DNA of 64,000 nt from Vulcanimicrobiota bacterium (GTDB lineage: Bacteria; Vulcanimicrobiota; Xenobia; Xenobiales; Xenobiaceae). Below, piece after piece: positions 1-11,000 of the stretch. Location of the stretch: assembly GCA_944322965.1 (NCBI GenBank), contig CALUQR010000006.1, positions 38,456 to 102,455 on the forward strand, given 5' to 3'. A program made the position numbers and the translations under genes. The first letter of the stretch is position 1. Each line of letters starts with the position of its first letter. The notes under the pieces are model-generated. The model did not search any database, had not been told where the DNA came from, and worked only from the letters and a program-made list of their open reading frames with translations.

Positions 1-444
1 CTCTACCCTCCCCCCTTGCGGGGCGCCGACTCTTGGCGGCTCGATTTAGAGCGCCCTTACTCTAATTATTGCGCCCTCTGGGAGGGGGAGCGCCTCATAG
101 CTTGCGCCTCCTCCTGGAACTTACTCCAAGAGCTAGAGGTAACCCAAGTCTTAGTCCATCCCCGCTACCAAGGTCAGGGCTGGGGCAAGTTTATCTTCGC
201 CAAGCTCTTAGAGAGCGGCATCCAAGGCGGGGTTGAGCGCGCCACCCTGGAAGTGCGTAGAGATAACGAGCCGGCCCTCAAAGTCTACCGGCGCTTTGGC
301 TTTACCCAAGTGGGGATCCGCCCCAAATATTACCAAGGTCGTTACGACGCCCTCCTCATGGTCTGCGAGGACTTACAAGATCCAGCTTACCGCCAGAACT
401 TAGAGCATTTTTTAGAAGAGTACGCTGAGCGCATCTCAAAGTAA
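1..444 (+). CDS. rimI: GNAT N-acetyltransferase, RimI-like (ribosomal-protein-alanine acetyltransferase). Probably 5'-truncated by the window edge: the ORF has a TTG start at 16 and stays open to position 1.
   Basis: GNAT motifs (QGQGWGK..., RRFGF) and its position immediately upstream of tsaD, as in the conserved rimI-tsaD pair. Confidence 0.6.
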   Translation, partial: LYPPPLRGADSWRLDLERPYSNYCALWEGERLIACASSWNLLQELEVTQVLVHPRYQGQGWGKFIFAKLLESGIQGGVERATLEVRRDNEPALKVYRRFGFTQVGIRPKYYQGRYDALLMVCEDLQDPAYRQNLEHFLEEYAERISK

Positions 445-456
445 GGAGGTCTCCAT

Positions 457-1497
457 ATGTATATCGCCCATCCCCCCTTTAAGCCGCGCTACATCTTGGG
501 CTTAGAGTCTTCCTGCGATGAAACCTCAGTAGCCATTTTGGCCGATGGGGAGCGCGTCTTAGCTAATCTCATCTCCTCCCAAATTCCCCTCCACAGCCGC
601 TATGGCGGGGTAGTCCCCGAAGTCGCCTGCCGGGCCCACTTGGAGGTTTTAAACCCCCTCTTAGCCGAGGCGTTAGAGCGGGCCCAGATCGGCTTTCACG
701 ACTTAGAGGCGGTCGCCGTGACCTGCGGCCCGGGTCTGGTGGGGGCCGTCCTCTTGGGAGTGGCCGTAGCCAAGACTCTGGCTGGAACGCTCGATATTCC
801 CCTCATCGGGGTCAACCATATGGAGGGCCACCTCTTCTCGGCGCTCTTAGAGGATCGCTGCTTGCCCTTGCCCCTGCTCTGCCTCTTAGTCTCTGGGGGA
901 CATACCCTCCTCTGCCTAGTAGAGCGCTGGGGGGAGTATAGAGTCTTAGGCTCTACCCGCGACGATGCGGCCGGAGAGGCTTTCGACAAAGTCTCTAAGG
1001 CCCTCGGTTTAGGTTATCCGGGCGGCCCCAAGATCCAAGAGTTGGCCCAAAAGGGCGACCCCCAAGCCGTCCGCTTTAGCCGCCCCATGCTCAATGAGGG
1101 TTTCGATTTCTCCTTCTCTGGCCTCAAGACGGCCGTCTTGCTCCATTTGCAGAGTCCCCAGCGGGTCTCCGATCCCGATCTCTGCGCCTCCTTCCAAGAG
1201 GCGGTGGTCGACGTCTTAGCTACCAAGGCCCTGCGGGCGGCGCGCCAGTTTGGGGTTAAATCCTTGGCTCTAGCGGGAGGGGTGGCGGCCAATAAGGCCT
1301 TGCGCCAGCGCTTAGCCGCCGGGGCCCAGCGCCTCAACTTGCCCTTCGTCTGCCCCCAATTAGATCTCTGTACCGACAATGCGGTCATGATCGCCAAAGC
1401 GGGCTGGGAGTTGGCCTCCCGGGGCTGGGTCTCCCCGCTCACCTTAGACGCTAAACCCAACTTAGAGCTAGCGCGCAGCCCAGAAGCTGGGGCCTAA
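457..1497 (+). CDS. tsaD: tRNA N6-adenosine threonylcarbamoyltransferase TsaD (Kae1/YgjD family)
   Basis: N-terminal ILGLESSCDETSVAI and the metal-binding HMEGH motif. An AAGGAGG Shine-Dalgarno sits at 445-451. Confidence 0.9.
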   Translation: MYIAHPPFKPRYILGLESSCDETSVAILADGERVLANLISSQIPLHSRYGGVVPEVACRAHLEVLNPLLAEALERAQIGFHDLEAVAVTCGPGLVGAVLLGVAVAKTLAGTLDIPLIGVNHMEGHLFSALLEDRCLPLPLLCLLVSGGHTLLCLVERWGEYRVLGSTRDDAAGEAFDKVSKALGLGYPGGPKIQELAQKGDPQAVRFSRPMLNEGFDFSFSGLKTAVLLHLQSPQRVSDPDLCASFQEAVVDVLATKALRAARQFGVKSLALAGGVAANKALRQRLAAGAQRLNLPFVCPQLDLCTDNAVMIAKAGWELASRGWVSPLTLDAKPNLELARSPEAGA

Positions 1498-1628
1498 GTC
1501 AAAAGGGGCCCTCCTTTTAGAGATCGAATTGGGCCTCCAAAAGGGTCTGCCGCTAATCTAAAAAGTAAACAACCTAGGTCAGGCTCCAAATTTTCGCCCC
1601 ACTTGGTCTTGGAAGGAGATTAGAATCG

Positions 1629-2213
1629 ATGTCTAAGCGCAGTTTAGCCCCCCGCTGGTTTATGGCCATGGTAGCGGCCTCCGCGGCGCTAGTTATCTAT
1701 GGAACTACCCAGGAAAGACTGGCCCCCACTCCCCCCAGCGCTCCCGCTCCCACCTCGCAAATAGTCCCCCTCCACGACCAACTGTGGCTCGATTCTATCC
1801 CCGAGAATAGCTGGGACTCCTTCCAGATGTACGTCTTCCTCAAGAAGGGACACAAGGTGGGGCTGCACGTCCAGGCCCACTCTACCTTTAAGCAGACCCT
1901 AGAGGTCTTTGAGTATAAGGATAAGGCGGGGGGCGACCTCTTCTTCTACTTCCCCCACGATCAGCGCAAGGCTCAGACTAAGTACTCCATTATCCCTCTG
2001 CGCGAGCCCCAAGGGCCTTTCACCTGCAAATTGCGCTTAGAGCAGGATCCCCAAAATGGAGGGCGGCCCCACATCTTCTATTCGGGCCCTGAGTTGATCT
2101 TAAAGGGCGTCCAGGAGGCTCCTCTGCCCTACTCTACCCGCCGCCAGATCGGTCAGTGGTTAGAGAGCGCCGTCTGGCCCACCCAATTGCAGAGCGCTCC
2201 CCAAGAGGGTTAG
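1629..2213 (+). CDS. hypothetical exported protein (N-terminal signal/TM segment)
   Basis: The hydrophobic N-terminus MAMVAASAALVIYG is followed by a Pro-rich stretch. I recognise no domain. Confidence 0.45.
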   Translation: MSKRSLAPRWFMAMVAASAALVIYGTTQERLAPTPPSAPAPTSQIVPLHDQLWLDSIPENSWDSFQMYVFLKKGHKVGLHVQAHSTFKQTLEVFEYKDKAGGDLFFYFPHDQRKAQTKYSIIPLREPQGPFTCKLRLEQDPQNGGRPHIFYSGPELILKGVQEAPLPYSTRRQIGQWLESAVWPTQLQSAPQEG

Positions 2214-2215
2214 AC

Positions 2216-2725
2216 GTGATTTTAGCTATCCTCTCCGATAGTCACGACCATTTAGACTATTTGGGGCGGGCCCTAGAGCGGGCCCGCAGCGCCGGAGCTC
2301 AGGCTATTATCCACGCCGGGGACTTTGTCTCCCCCTTTAGCCTCAACCCCTTCCAGGACTGGGAGGGCGAGCTCTACGCCGTTTTGGGCAATAATGACGG
2401 CGAGCGCGAAGGGTTGCGGCGGCGCTTCGCCTCTTTGGGAGCCCATTATTACGAGGGGCCCGTCCAATTTAAGTTGGGCGGCCTCCAGATTAGCCTCCAA
2501 CATTTCCCCTACCGCGAAGAAGAGGTAGCCGCCGCTCAGCTCCAGGCCTCTCCCGAGCGCCCTACCTTGCTCATCTCCGGCCATACCCACCAACCCTTAC
2601 TCCACAGAGAGGGCGCCTTGTGGCTCTTAAATCCCGGAGAGTGTTGCGGCTGGCTGAGTAAGCGCCCCACTATGGCCCTCTTCGATAGCGCCTCCCGCCA
2701 AGCCCAGCTCTTAGAGCTAGCCTAA
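2216..2725 (+). CDS. YfcE/MJ0936-family metallophosphoesterase. I prefer the GTG start at 2216 over the ATG at 2156, which overlaps the upstream gene.
   Basis: ILSDSHD...HAGDF...GNND motifs typical of calcineurin-like phosphoesterases. The N-terminus then matches the family consensus M-I-x-x-ISD-HG. Confidence 0.65.
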   Translation: MILAILSDSHDHLDYLGRALERARSAGAQAIIHAGDFVSPFSLNPFQDWEGELYAVLGNNDGEREGLRRRFASLGAHYYEGPVQFKLGGLQISLQHFPYREEEVAAAQLQASPERPTLLISGHTHQPLLHREGALWLLNPGECCGWLSKRPTMALFDSASRQAQLLELA

Positions 2726-2729
2726 ATTT

Positions 2730-3275
2730 ATGGACCTCACCCTCACCCCCTGGCGCCCCGACCTTTGTTGCCGCGATCTGAGCCAAGTACCCTTCGACAA
2801 GTTGGCGGAGCGCCAGATCGTCAATATCTGCTTAGATGTAGACAATACCTTAGCCCGCCGCGACTCCTGGCAGATAGAGCCTCAGCTTTTAGAGACTCTG
2901 CAAGGGGCCCTAAAAGCGGGCTTTATTCATAAACTCTGCCTCCTCTCCAATATCGGCTGGGGCAGTCGCCGTAAGCGTCGGGTCCAACAGATGGCCGCCC
3001 AACTGGGGACGGAATACTATTTTGCCGCCCGCTTTTGGGAACATAAGCCCCGCTCCCTCCCCTTCCGCCGGGCCTTGCATATGATGGAGGCCCAGCCTGC
3101 CCAGACGGCCATTATTGGCGACCAACTCTTTACCGATATTGCGGGCGGCAATAAGTTGGGACTCTATACGATCTTGGTGCGCCCCTTAGGCCCCGATCAC
3201 TGGTCGACCCGTCTCAGCGGGCGGCGTTTGCGGGAAGCGCGTATCCTCAGGGCTTTGGGCCTAGAGGGAACCTAG
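2730..3275 (+). CDS. HAD-superfamily IIIA phosphatase, YqeG-like
   Basis: DxDNTL motif I (CLDVDNTLA), followed by a C-terminal GDQLFTDI motif. Confidence 0.6.
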   Translation: MDLTLTPWRPDLCCRDLSQVPFDKLAERQIVNICLDVDNTLARRDSWQIEPQLLETLQGALKAGFIHKLCLLSNIGWGSRRKRRVQQMAAQLGTEYYFAARFWEHKPRSLPFRRALHMMEAQPAQTAIIGDQLFTDIAGGNKLGLYTILVRPLGPDHWSTRLSGRRLREARILRALGLEGT

Positions 3276-3381
3276 GCCTAGGGGGGACGCCCGGGGAGTA
3301 TTTGCGCCCGGTGGGTGATTTGTGCTTTAATTGGTAGCTATGAACCCTTTATACGCCCTCTCTAAAAGAGGTTGAGATCCC

Positions 3382-5007
3382 ATGACTGCCAATTTTGCCC
3401 CCGTTAGTCCCGGTTATTGGACCCCTACTTTAGAATCCGCCCCCCTAGCGCCCAGCGCCGCGCTGCGCTCCTTAAAGAGCCCCCTCTTCGTCGTCGCCCC
3501 TCCCAGCGGCGAGCCTTACGCGCTCTACACTTCTGGCCAAGCTTATTTTGGGCCCCAGCCGCCCGCCCAGGGCCTGCCCCTCTTGGCCTACGCCCCCCCG
3601 CTCAGCCCCCAAAATTTAGGCTCCGCCTCCTTTAAAAGAGAGTACGGTTTAAAGTACGCCTGTTTGAGCGGCTCTATGGCCAATGGCATCGCCTCCGAGA
3701 GCTTAGTTATCGCCATGGCCCGGGCGGGTATGCTGGGCTTTTTCGGTTCGGCCGGCCTGTGGCCCGAAGAGGTCAGCCGCCACATCCACTCCCTGCGCTC
3801 CCAGTTGGGGAACTTGCCTTTCGGCTGCAATTTGATCCATAGCCCCTCCGATCCCCAGTTAGAGATGGCCACCGCCCAGCTCTTTATAGAACAAGGGGTC
3901 ACCCTTCTGGAGGCTTCCGCCTATTTGGGCCTCACCCCCGCCCTCTTAGCCTACCGTTATAAGGGGTTGCGCCGCCAGAGCGACGGTTCTCTCTACGCCC
4001 CCCACCGCCTCTTGGCCAAAGTCTCGCGCTTAGAAGTGGCCCGCAAGTTCCTCTCCCCGCCGCCCCCCGAGATGATCTCCGCCCTCGTCGAGCAGGGCCT
4101 TTTAACCCCCGCAGAGGGCCAATTGGCTTCCCTCCTCCCTCCGGCCTCGGGCTTAACCGCCGAAGCCGATAGCGGCGGCCATACCGATAACCGCCCCGCC
4201 TTAGGTCTCCTGCCCTCCATCTTAGAATTGCGCAACCAAATCCAAAAAGAGTACGGCTGGACGGTCCCCGTAGGCTTAGCGGGCGGGATCGCCGTCCCCC
4301 AAGCGGCCGCGGCCGCCTTTATGATGGGCGCCGCCTACGTCATGACCGGCTCCATCAACCAGGCCTGCTTAGAGTCCGGTTCTAGCCCCGTGGTGCGGGA
4401 GATGTTAGCTAAGGCTACCCCCGCCGACGTCACTATGGCCCCGGCTGCCGATATGTTTGAGATGGGCGTCAACGTCCAAGTCCTCAAGTGGGGCACGATG
4501 TTCCCAGTGCGAGCCAAAAAGCTCTATGAGGTCTACCGCAGCTACCCCAACTGGGAGGCGGTTCCAGCTAACCTACAGAGTCAGATTGAGCGCGAGATCT
4601 TGCGCTCTACCTTCGCCCAGGCCTGGGAGTCGACTAAAGCCTTCTTCACTAAGCGCGACCCCCGCCAGATAGAGCGAGCCCAGCGCGATCCCAAGCATCT
4701 GATGGCTTTAGTCTTCCGCTCTTACTTAGGTCAGGCCTCGCGCTGGGCCAATAGCGGCCTCCCCGAGCGGCGCGCCGATTACCAGATCTGGTGCGGTCCG
4801 GCCATGGGAAGTTTTAACGAGTGGACTAAAGGAACATTCCTGGAGGACGTAAAAGAGCGCCACGCCGATTTGGCGGCCCTCAACATCCTCGTTGGGGCCT
4901 GTGTAGAGCTGCGAGCCGCTCTCTTGAATAACCAGGGGATCGAGCTCCCCGCCCACTGGAGCCATTACGCGCCCCTACCTTACTCACAACTAGCCACGTA
5001 TTTATAG
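3382..5007 (+). CDS. pfaD: PfaD-family trans-2-enoyl reductase (NPD/FMN enoyl-ACP reductase of PUFA/secondary-lipid synthases)
   Basis: The FKREYGLKYACLSGSMANGIASESLVIAMARAGMLGFFG block is diagnostic of PfaD/ORF-C-type ER. The gene ends 10 bp upstream of the PKS subunit. Confidence 0.85.
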   Translation: MTANFAPVSPGYWTPTLESAPLAPSAALRSLKSPLFVVAPPSGEPYALYTSGQAYFGPQPPAQGLPLLAYAPPLSPQNLGSASFKREYGLKYACLSGSMANGIASESLVIAMARAGMLGFFGSAGLWPEEVSRHIHSLRSQLGNLPFGCNLIHSPSDPQLEMATAQLFIEQGVTLLEASAYLGLTPALLAYRYKGLRRQSDGSLYAPHRLLAKVSRLEVARKFLSPPPPEMISALVEQGLLTPAEGQLASLLPPASGLTAEADSGGHTDNRPALGLLPSILELRNQIQKEYGWTVPVGLAGGIAVPQAAAAAFMMGAAYVMTGSINQACLESGSSPVVREMLAKATPADVTMAPAADMFEMGVNVQVLKWGTMFPVRAKKLYEVYRSYPNWEAVPANLQSQIEREILRSTFAQAWESTKAFFTKRDPRQIERAQRDPKHLMALVFRSYLGQASRWANSGLPERRADYQIWCGPAMGSFNEWTKGTFLEDVKERHADLAALNILVGACVELRAALLNNQGIELPAHWSHYAPLPYSQLATYL

Positions 5008-5017
5008 GAGTCTCATC

Positions 5018-8000
5018 TTGTCTTCTAAATCCCATTCTCCCCACAACACCCCCATCGCCATTATTGGTCTGGGCTGCCTCTTCCCCAAAGGGGGGAGTAA
5101 ACAGGGCTTTTGGCGCGTCTTGCGCACCGGGGCTAACTGTATCGAGCCCGTCCCGGAGACTCACTGGTCCGTCAACGACCTTTACGATGGCGACCACGCC
5201 AGCCCCGATCGCTGCTACGCCAAGGTGGGCGGTTTTTTAGAGCCCTATCCCTTCGATCCTACGGAGTTCAATATCCCTCCTAACGTCTTGGAGGCCACCG
5301 ATACTTCGCAACTTTTGGGCTTAGTGGGAGCTAAGGCGGCTTTAGAAGACGCCGGTTACGGTCCGCAGGGGAAAGAGTTGCCCAAAGATCGCACGGGCGT
5401 CATCTTGGGGGTTACGGGCGCTCTGGAGATGGTAGTACCCTTGGGGGCGCGGTTAGGCCACCCTCGTTGGCGCAAAGCTCTGGCCGAAGCGGGGATCGAC
5501 CGCCAGACCTGCGAGAAGATCGTAGCCCAGATTTCCGACTCTTACGTCTCCTGGCAAGAGAACTCTTTCCCCGGCCTCTTGGGGAACGTGGTGGCCGGGC
5601 GCATCGCCAACCGTTTAGACCTGCACGGTACTAACTGCACCGTCGACGCGGCCTGCGCTAGCTCCCTAGCCGCCGTCCATCTGGCTATCAACGAATTACA
5701 AGCCGGCCAAGCGGATATGGTCCTCACCGGCGGCGTGGACACCTTCAATGACATCTTCATGTTCACGTGCTTCTCCAAGACCCCGGCCCTCTCCGATTCC
5801 GGCCGCATCGCCCCCTTCTCAGCCGACGCCGACGGCACCCTCTTAGGGGAAGGGGTGGGCATCTTCGTCCTCAAGCGCTTAGCCGACGCCGAGCGCGATC
5901 AAGATAAGATCTACGCCGTCATTAGAGGCATGGGTTCCTCCTCCGACGGCAACTCGGGCTCTATCTACGCCCCCAGCGCCCCCGGCCAAGCTATCGCCCT
6001 GCGCCGGGCCTACGAGGCGGCCCACATCGATCCCCAAACGGTCGATATGGTAGAGGCCCACGGTACGGGGACTAAGGTGGGAGATATTGTCGAATTCAAC
6101 TCTCTGCGCGAGGTCTTTAAGGAGCGCCAGCCCTCCGACTCCTGCGCTTTGGGAACGGTCAAATCGCAGATTGGCCACACCAAGGCGGCGGCGGGAGCGG
6201 CCAGTTTAGCCAAGACGGCCCTGGCCCTCTTCTATAAGGTCTTACCCCCCACCCTCAATATTAGCGCCCCCCATCCTAAGCTCAACTTAAGGGAGACGCC
6301 CTTCTACCTCAACATCGATACTCGCCCCTGGCTCAGTTCCCAGCATCCGCGCCGGGCGGGGGTCTCCTCCTTTGGCTTTGGCGGCAGCAACTTCCATATC
6401 GTCTTAGAGGAGTACTCTCCCAAGCGCACCCAGCCCGCCTGGGACGGTTCCTGCCAGATCTGGGCCTTCAGCGCCCCCAGCCGTCCGGAGTTAGCGGCGG
6501 CCGTACGCCAAGCCTCCCAAGTTCCGCCCTACGAGAGCGCCTACTGGGCCCAAGAGTCGCGCCGCTCCTTCCAGGCTTCCGCCCCCTTCCGGGCTACCTT
6601 AGTCTGCGGCCCTAACGACTCGCAGGAGAAGTTAGCCGAATTGGCTCAAGCTTTAGAAGAGGAGTCGACCCTGCCCGCCAACGCCTTCTACGGTGAAGGC
6701 GAGATCGAGCGCGGTCAGATAGCCTTCCTCTTCCCCGGTCAGGGCAGTCAGTATGTGGGCATGGGCCGCGACCTCTTCTCTATCTTCCCCGAGGCCTTCG
6801 CCTCCTTAGAGAAGGCCCACCAGCTCTTAGATCCCTCCCAGGATCCGGCCGCCTTCATCTTCCCCATCTCCCACTTCGACCCTCAAGAGGCTACTAGCTG
6901 GAATCAGGCTCTGACCGCTACCCAAGTGGCCCAGCCCTCCTTAGGGACTATCGAATCCTCTATGGCTCGCGTCTTAGAGAGCTTTGGCTTAAAGCCTCAG
7001 GCTTTGGCCGGCCACTCCTACGGCGAGTTAGTAGCCTTAGAGCGGGCGGGGGTCTACTCTCAGAGCGAGCTCTTCCGCCTCTCCGCTCTGCGCGGTTCCT
7101 TGATGGCCGCCGGCGACGGCGGGCGCGGGGCCATGTCCGCCCTCTCCGCTCCTTTGGCCAAGATCGAGGCCTTAGTGGCAGAGGTGGGCGGCGAGTTAGT
7201 CTTAGCTAACCGCAACCACCCCACCCAAGGGGTCATCTCCGGTCCTAAGGAGGCTATCGACCAGGCGGAGGCCCTCTGCAAAGAGCGCAAGATTACCGCC
7301 CACCGCCTCCAAGTTTCGGCCGCTTTCCACAGCTCCTTAATGGCTAGCGCCCGCCAGCCCTTCGGAGAGGCTCTGGCCGCCTTAGAGCTCAAGGCGCCCC
7401 AAGTGCCCGTCTATGCCAATATCTCCGCCCAGCCCTATCCGCAGAGCCCGGAGGAGATCGCCAATACTTTGGGCGACCAGTTGGTGAGCTCGGTGCGCTT
7501 TATTGAGATTATCGAAAATATGTACCAGGCGGGCTTCCGCACCTTCATCGAGGTGGGTCCCAAGACGGTCCTCACCGGCCTCGTCAAGAAGATCTTGGGG
7601 CAGCGCCCCCACTACCTGATCTCTACCGACGGCCGCAAGGGCGGGGCCGAGCTCCAGGGTATCGCCCTGACTTTGGCTCAACTCTCCGCTCTGGGCGCCC
7701 CTCTCAAGTTGAGCGCCTGGGAGGCCCCCGTCTCCAAGCCGCGCGCTAAACGCATGGTAATCCCCATTAGCGGCGCCAATTACCGGACCCCCAATAAGAA
7801 GGCCCCCGCCCCTTATTGCGATCCTAAAGAGCCCGTCGAAGGTTACCAGCCCTTACACTTTGTGAGCGATAACCCGCCCGTCTTGCCAGCGCCCGCCCCT
7901 CAGCCCTTAGAGGAGGTCACTTTAGAGACGGCTGCGGCTAATGAGCCTTTGCCTCCCCTCCCCAAGGTAGCCCCTCCGGCCATCCCCGTGCCGCCCGCGC

Positions 8001-11000
8001 CCGCCCCTGGCCCGCAAGAGGGTCCGATCCCGGAGCGCATCCCGGCTCCCGCCGCCCCGGCGGCCGCGCCTAAGCTTCCAGCCCAGCTCCAGGTTCCGGC
8101 CCCCGTCAGCAGCCACGCGGCGCCCATTATGGCCCAGGCTTTGCAGACTATCCAACAAGGGTTAGCCGCTCTGCAGGCCCTCCAGGCCCAGACGGCCGCC
8201 GCTCACTTGCAATTCTTGCAAAGTCAGGCCCAGATCCAGAGCTCGCTGCAAGCGATTATTGCCGCTCAGCAGAACTTAGCGGGCGCCCAGTTAGGCCAGG
8301 CTCCCTTGAGCCGCCCCTTAACCGTAAGCGCTCCGCCCCTGGCCCAGGCCGCATTTCCCTCCGTGGCCCCGACCCCTTGGCCTCAAGCCCCGGCTTTCCC
8401 CAGCCCCTCCCTGCCGGTAGGCGCCCCGCTACCTACCCAGGCCCCCGCCCCGGAGTTGACCTCTACCCCCTTGCCCCCTGAGCCCGTAGCCCCCAGCGCC
8501 CCTAAAGCTGCGCCTACTCCGGCCCCCGCTCCCCAGGCGGTCCCTAGCCCCGCAGTTGCGACGGGAGCCGCTTTGAGCCCAGCCGAGATCCAGCAGAAGA
8601 TCTTAGCTACCGTAGCTCAGATGACGGGTTATCCCCTGGAGATGCTCAATTTAGATATGAGTTTAGAGGGCGACTTAGGGATCGACTCTATTAAGCGAGT
8701 GGAGATTCTCTCCGCTCTGCACAAAGAGTTGCCCCAGGTGAGCGAGATCGCCCCCGAGGAGATCGGCTCTTTACAGACCTTGCGCCAAGTGGCCCAGCGT
8801 TTACAGAGTAAGATCGGCACCCTCAGCGCTCCCGCCCAGACCGCTCCGACGGCTGAAGCTCCCGCCCTGTCCGCAGCCGCTCCTAGCGAGGCGGCCCCCG
8901 TAGACGCCGCCCAGCGCCTCTTAGAGGTCGTCTCCCAGGCTACCGGTTATCCTCAGGAGACGCTCAACTTGGATATGGACTTAGAGAGCGACCTGGGCAT
9001 CGACTCCATTAAGAGGGTGGAGATCCTGGCCGCTATGCAAAAGGTCTTCCCCCAGGCTCAGGAGTTAGCTCCCGAAGAGCTCAATAGCTTGCGCACCTTG
9101 CGCCAGATCGTGGAAAAATTGGCCCCCGCCCAGAAAGCTACGGCCAGCGCCGCTCCCGCCGCAACGACCGCTCCCAGCGAGACGGTGGCTAGCGCGGCGC
9201 CTCCCGCAGCCCACTTAGATCCCGCGGAGGCCGTCTTGGAGGTCGTAGCCCAGACCACGGGTTACCCTCTGGAGACCCTCAACTTAGATATGGACTTAGA
9301 GAGCGACCTGGGGATCGACTCTATTAAGAGGGTAGAGATCCTGGCCACCTTGCAGAAGCTCCTGCCCGGCAGCGCGGCCCACTTAGATTCGGAGAGTCTC
9401 AGCAACTTGCACACCTTGCGCGATATTGCCCAAGCTCTGCAAGCTAGCGCCCCCTCCGCTCCGGTGGCCGCTCCCGCCCAGGCCGCCTCTCCTAGCGACG
9501 CTCTGGCCTTAGTCTTAGAGGTCATCGCCCAAGCTACGGGCTATCCCTTAGAGACGCTCAGCCCGGAGATGGACTTAGAGAGCGATTTAGGGATCGACTC
9601 TATTAAGAGGGTCGAGATCTTAGCTACCTTACAAAAGGTCCTGCCTAAGGCGGGCGAGATCGCCCCCGAGGAGCTCAATAGTTTGCGCACTATTGGCGAT
9701 ATTGTGCGCGCCTTATCGGGCGAAGACGGCCCCCAGCCCCCGCAGCCCGGTCCCGCTCCTCAAGGTCCCAGATCCGACTCCACCTCTGACTCTGACTCTA
9801 CCTCTCAGGCTGCGCCTCAAGCGGAGGAGGCACCCGTCCCTAGTCCCGCTCCCGCTGAGAATGCGGCCCCTGCGGAATCGGCCGCGCCCGCTGAGACTGC
9901 GGCGCCCACCGATGCGGTAGCCCCGGTAGCGGAGACGGACGCCCTCCCTTTTGAAGTAGAGGAGCTGGGGGGAGCTCCCGCCGATCGCCTCTTACGTCGG
10001 GTCCTCAGCTACGAGTTGGCTCCCAATCCGCTGCGCGGTCGCCAGCTCGATAAGCGCGGCCTCTACCTGCTCTTAGACGACGGCTTTATCGCCCCCGCCT
10101 TAGCCCCCGTCTTAACTAGGCAAGGGCTCCAGGTAGAGTTAGTCGATCTCGCCCAGGCTTCCGATCCTCAGTATCTGGCCGCCCTGCCTGCGGTTAGCGC
10201 CCTCTTCTTGACCTTGCCCTCCCAGGCGCCCCAACGGGAAGAGGAGATCTTCTTCCAGCGTTCCGCCGCCGCGGAGAATCTCAAAGAGCGCTTCCGCTTG
10301 GCCCGCAGTCTGGCCCAGACCTGGGCCCTGCAGCGGCGTCAGCCTAGCTTAATAGTTACGATTACCCGCTTAGACGGTCAATTTGGAACGAGCGGTCAGC
10401 CCTGCGATCCTTTGGCCGCCGGGCTACACGGCTTGACTAGGGTCTTAGCTCAGGAGTATCCGCACACCGTCTGTCGCTCCTTCGACCTCCATCCCCAGCT
10501 GACGGCGACCGAGGCGGCGGGCCAGTTAGTGCGCGAGTTACAGTCGGAAGGCAGCAACGAAGTGGGCCTCTCCCCCCAGGGGAGGCGCATCCCCGTCTTG
10601 CGCGAGGAGCCCTTAGACTTTACTAACTTACACCTCTTGCCCCCTCACTCGACCATCTTAGTTACGGGGGGCGCGCGCGGGGTCACCGCCCAGTGCGTCA
10701 AGTTATTGGCTAAGCTCTGCCGCCCCAACTTCGTCTTGGTGGGGCGCTCCGCCGTCCCCACGCCGGAGTCTTCCCTCACTACCGGAGCTACCAACGCCCG
10801 CGACTTAAAGTCCCTCATCTTCAAACAGGCTAAAGAGGGTGGGCGCAGCCTCTCCCCCCAGCAGTTGGAGAAAGAGTGTCAGCGCATCTTAGCTAATCGG
10901 GAGATCACGAAGACTATCGCCGAGGTCCGCTCTTACGGTTCTCGGGTCAATTACGTCTCCATGGACGTCCGCGACGACGAGTTGGCCCAGATGATCGTCC

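Noticed and set aside
2156-2215. ATG at 2156 as the start of the phosphoesterase gene
   Set aside because: It overlaps the upstream gene by 58 bp and adds a non-conserved Arg-rich extension. The GTG at 2216 gives the canonical M-I-L-A-I-L-SDSHD N-terminus.
7900-8158. Short ORFs on both strands within the Pro/Ala-rich linker and ACP region of pfaA (7900-8158, 9693-9920, 9058-9525 minus)
   Set aside because: They are low-complexity artefacts of GC-rich repetitive coding sequence inside a 2472-aa ORF with conserved domains.
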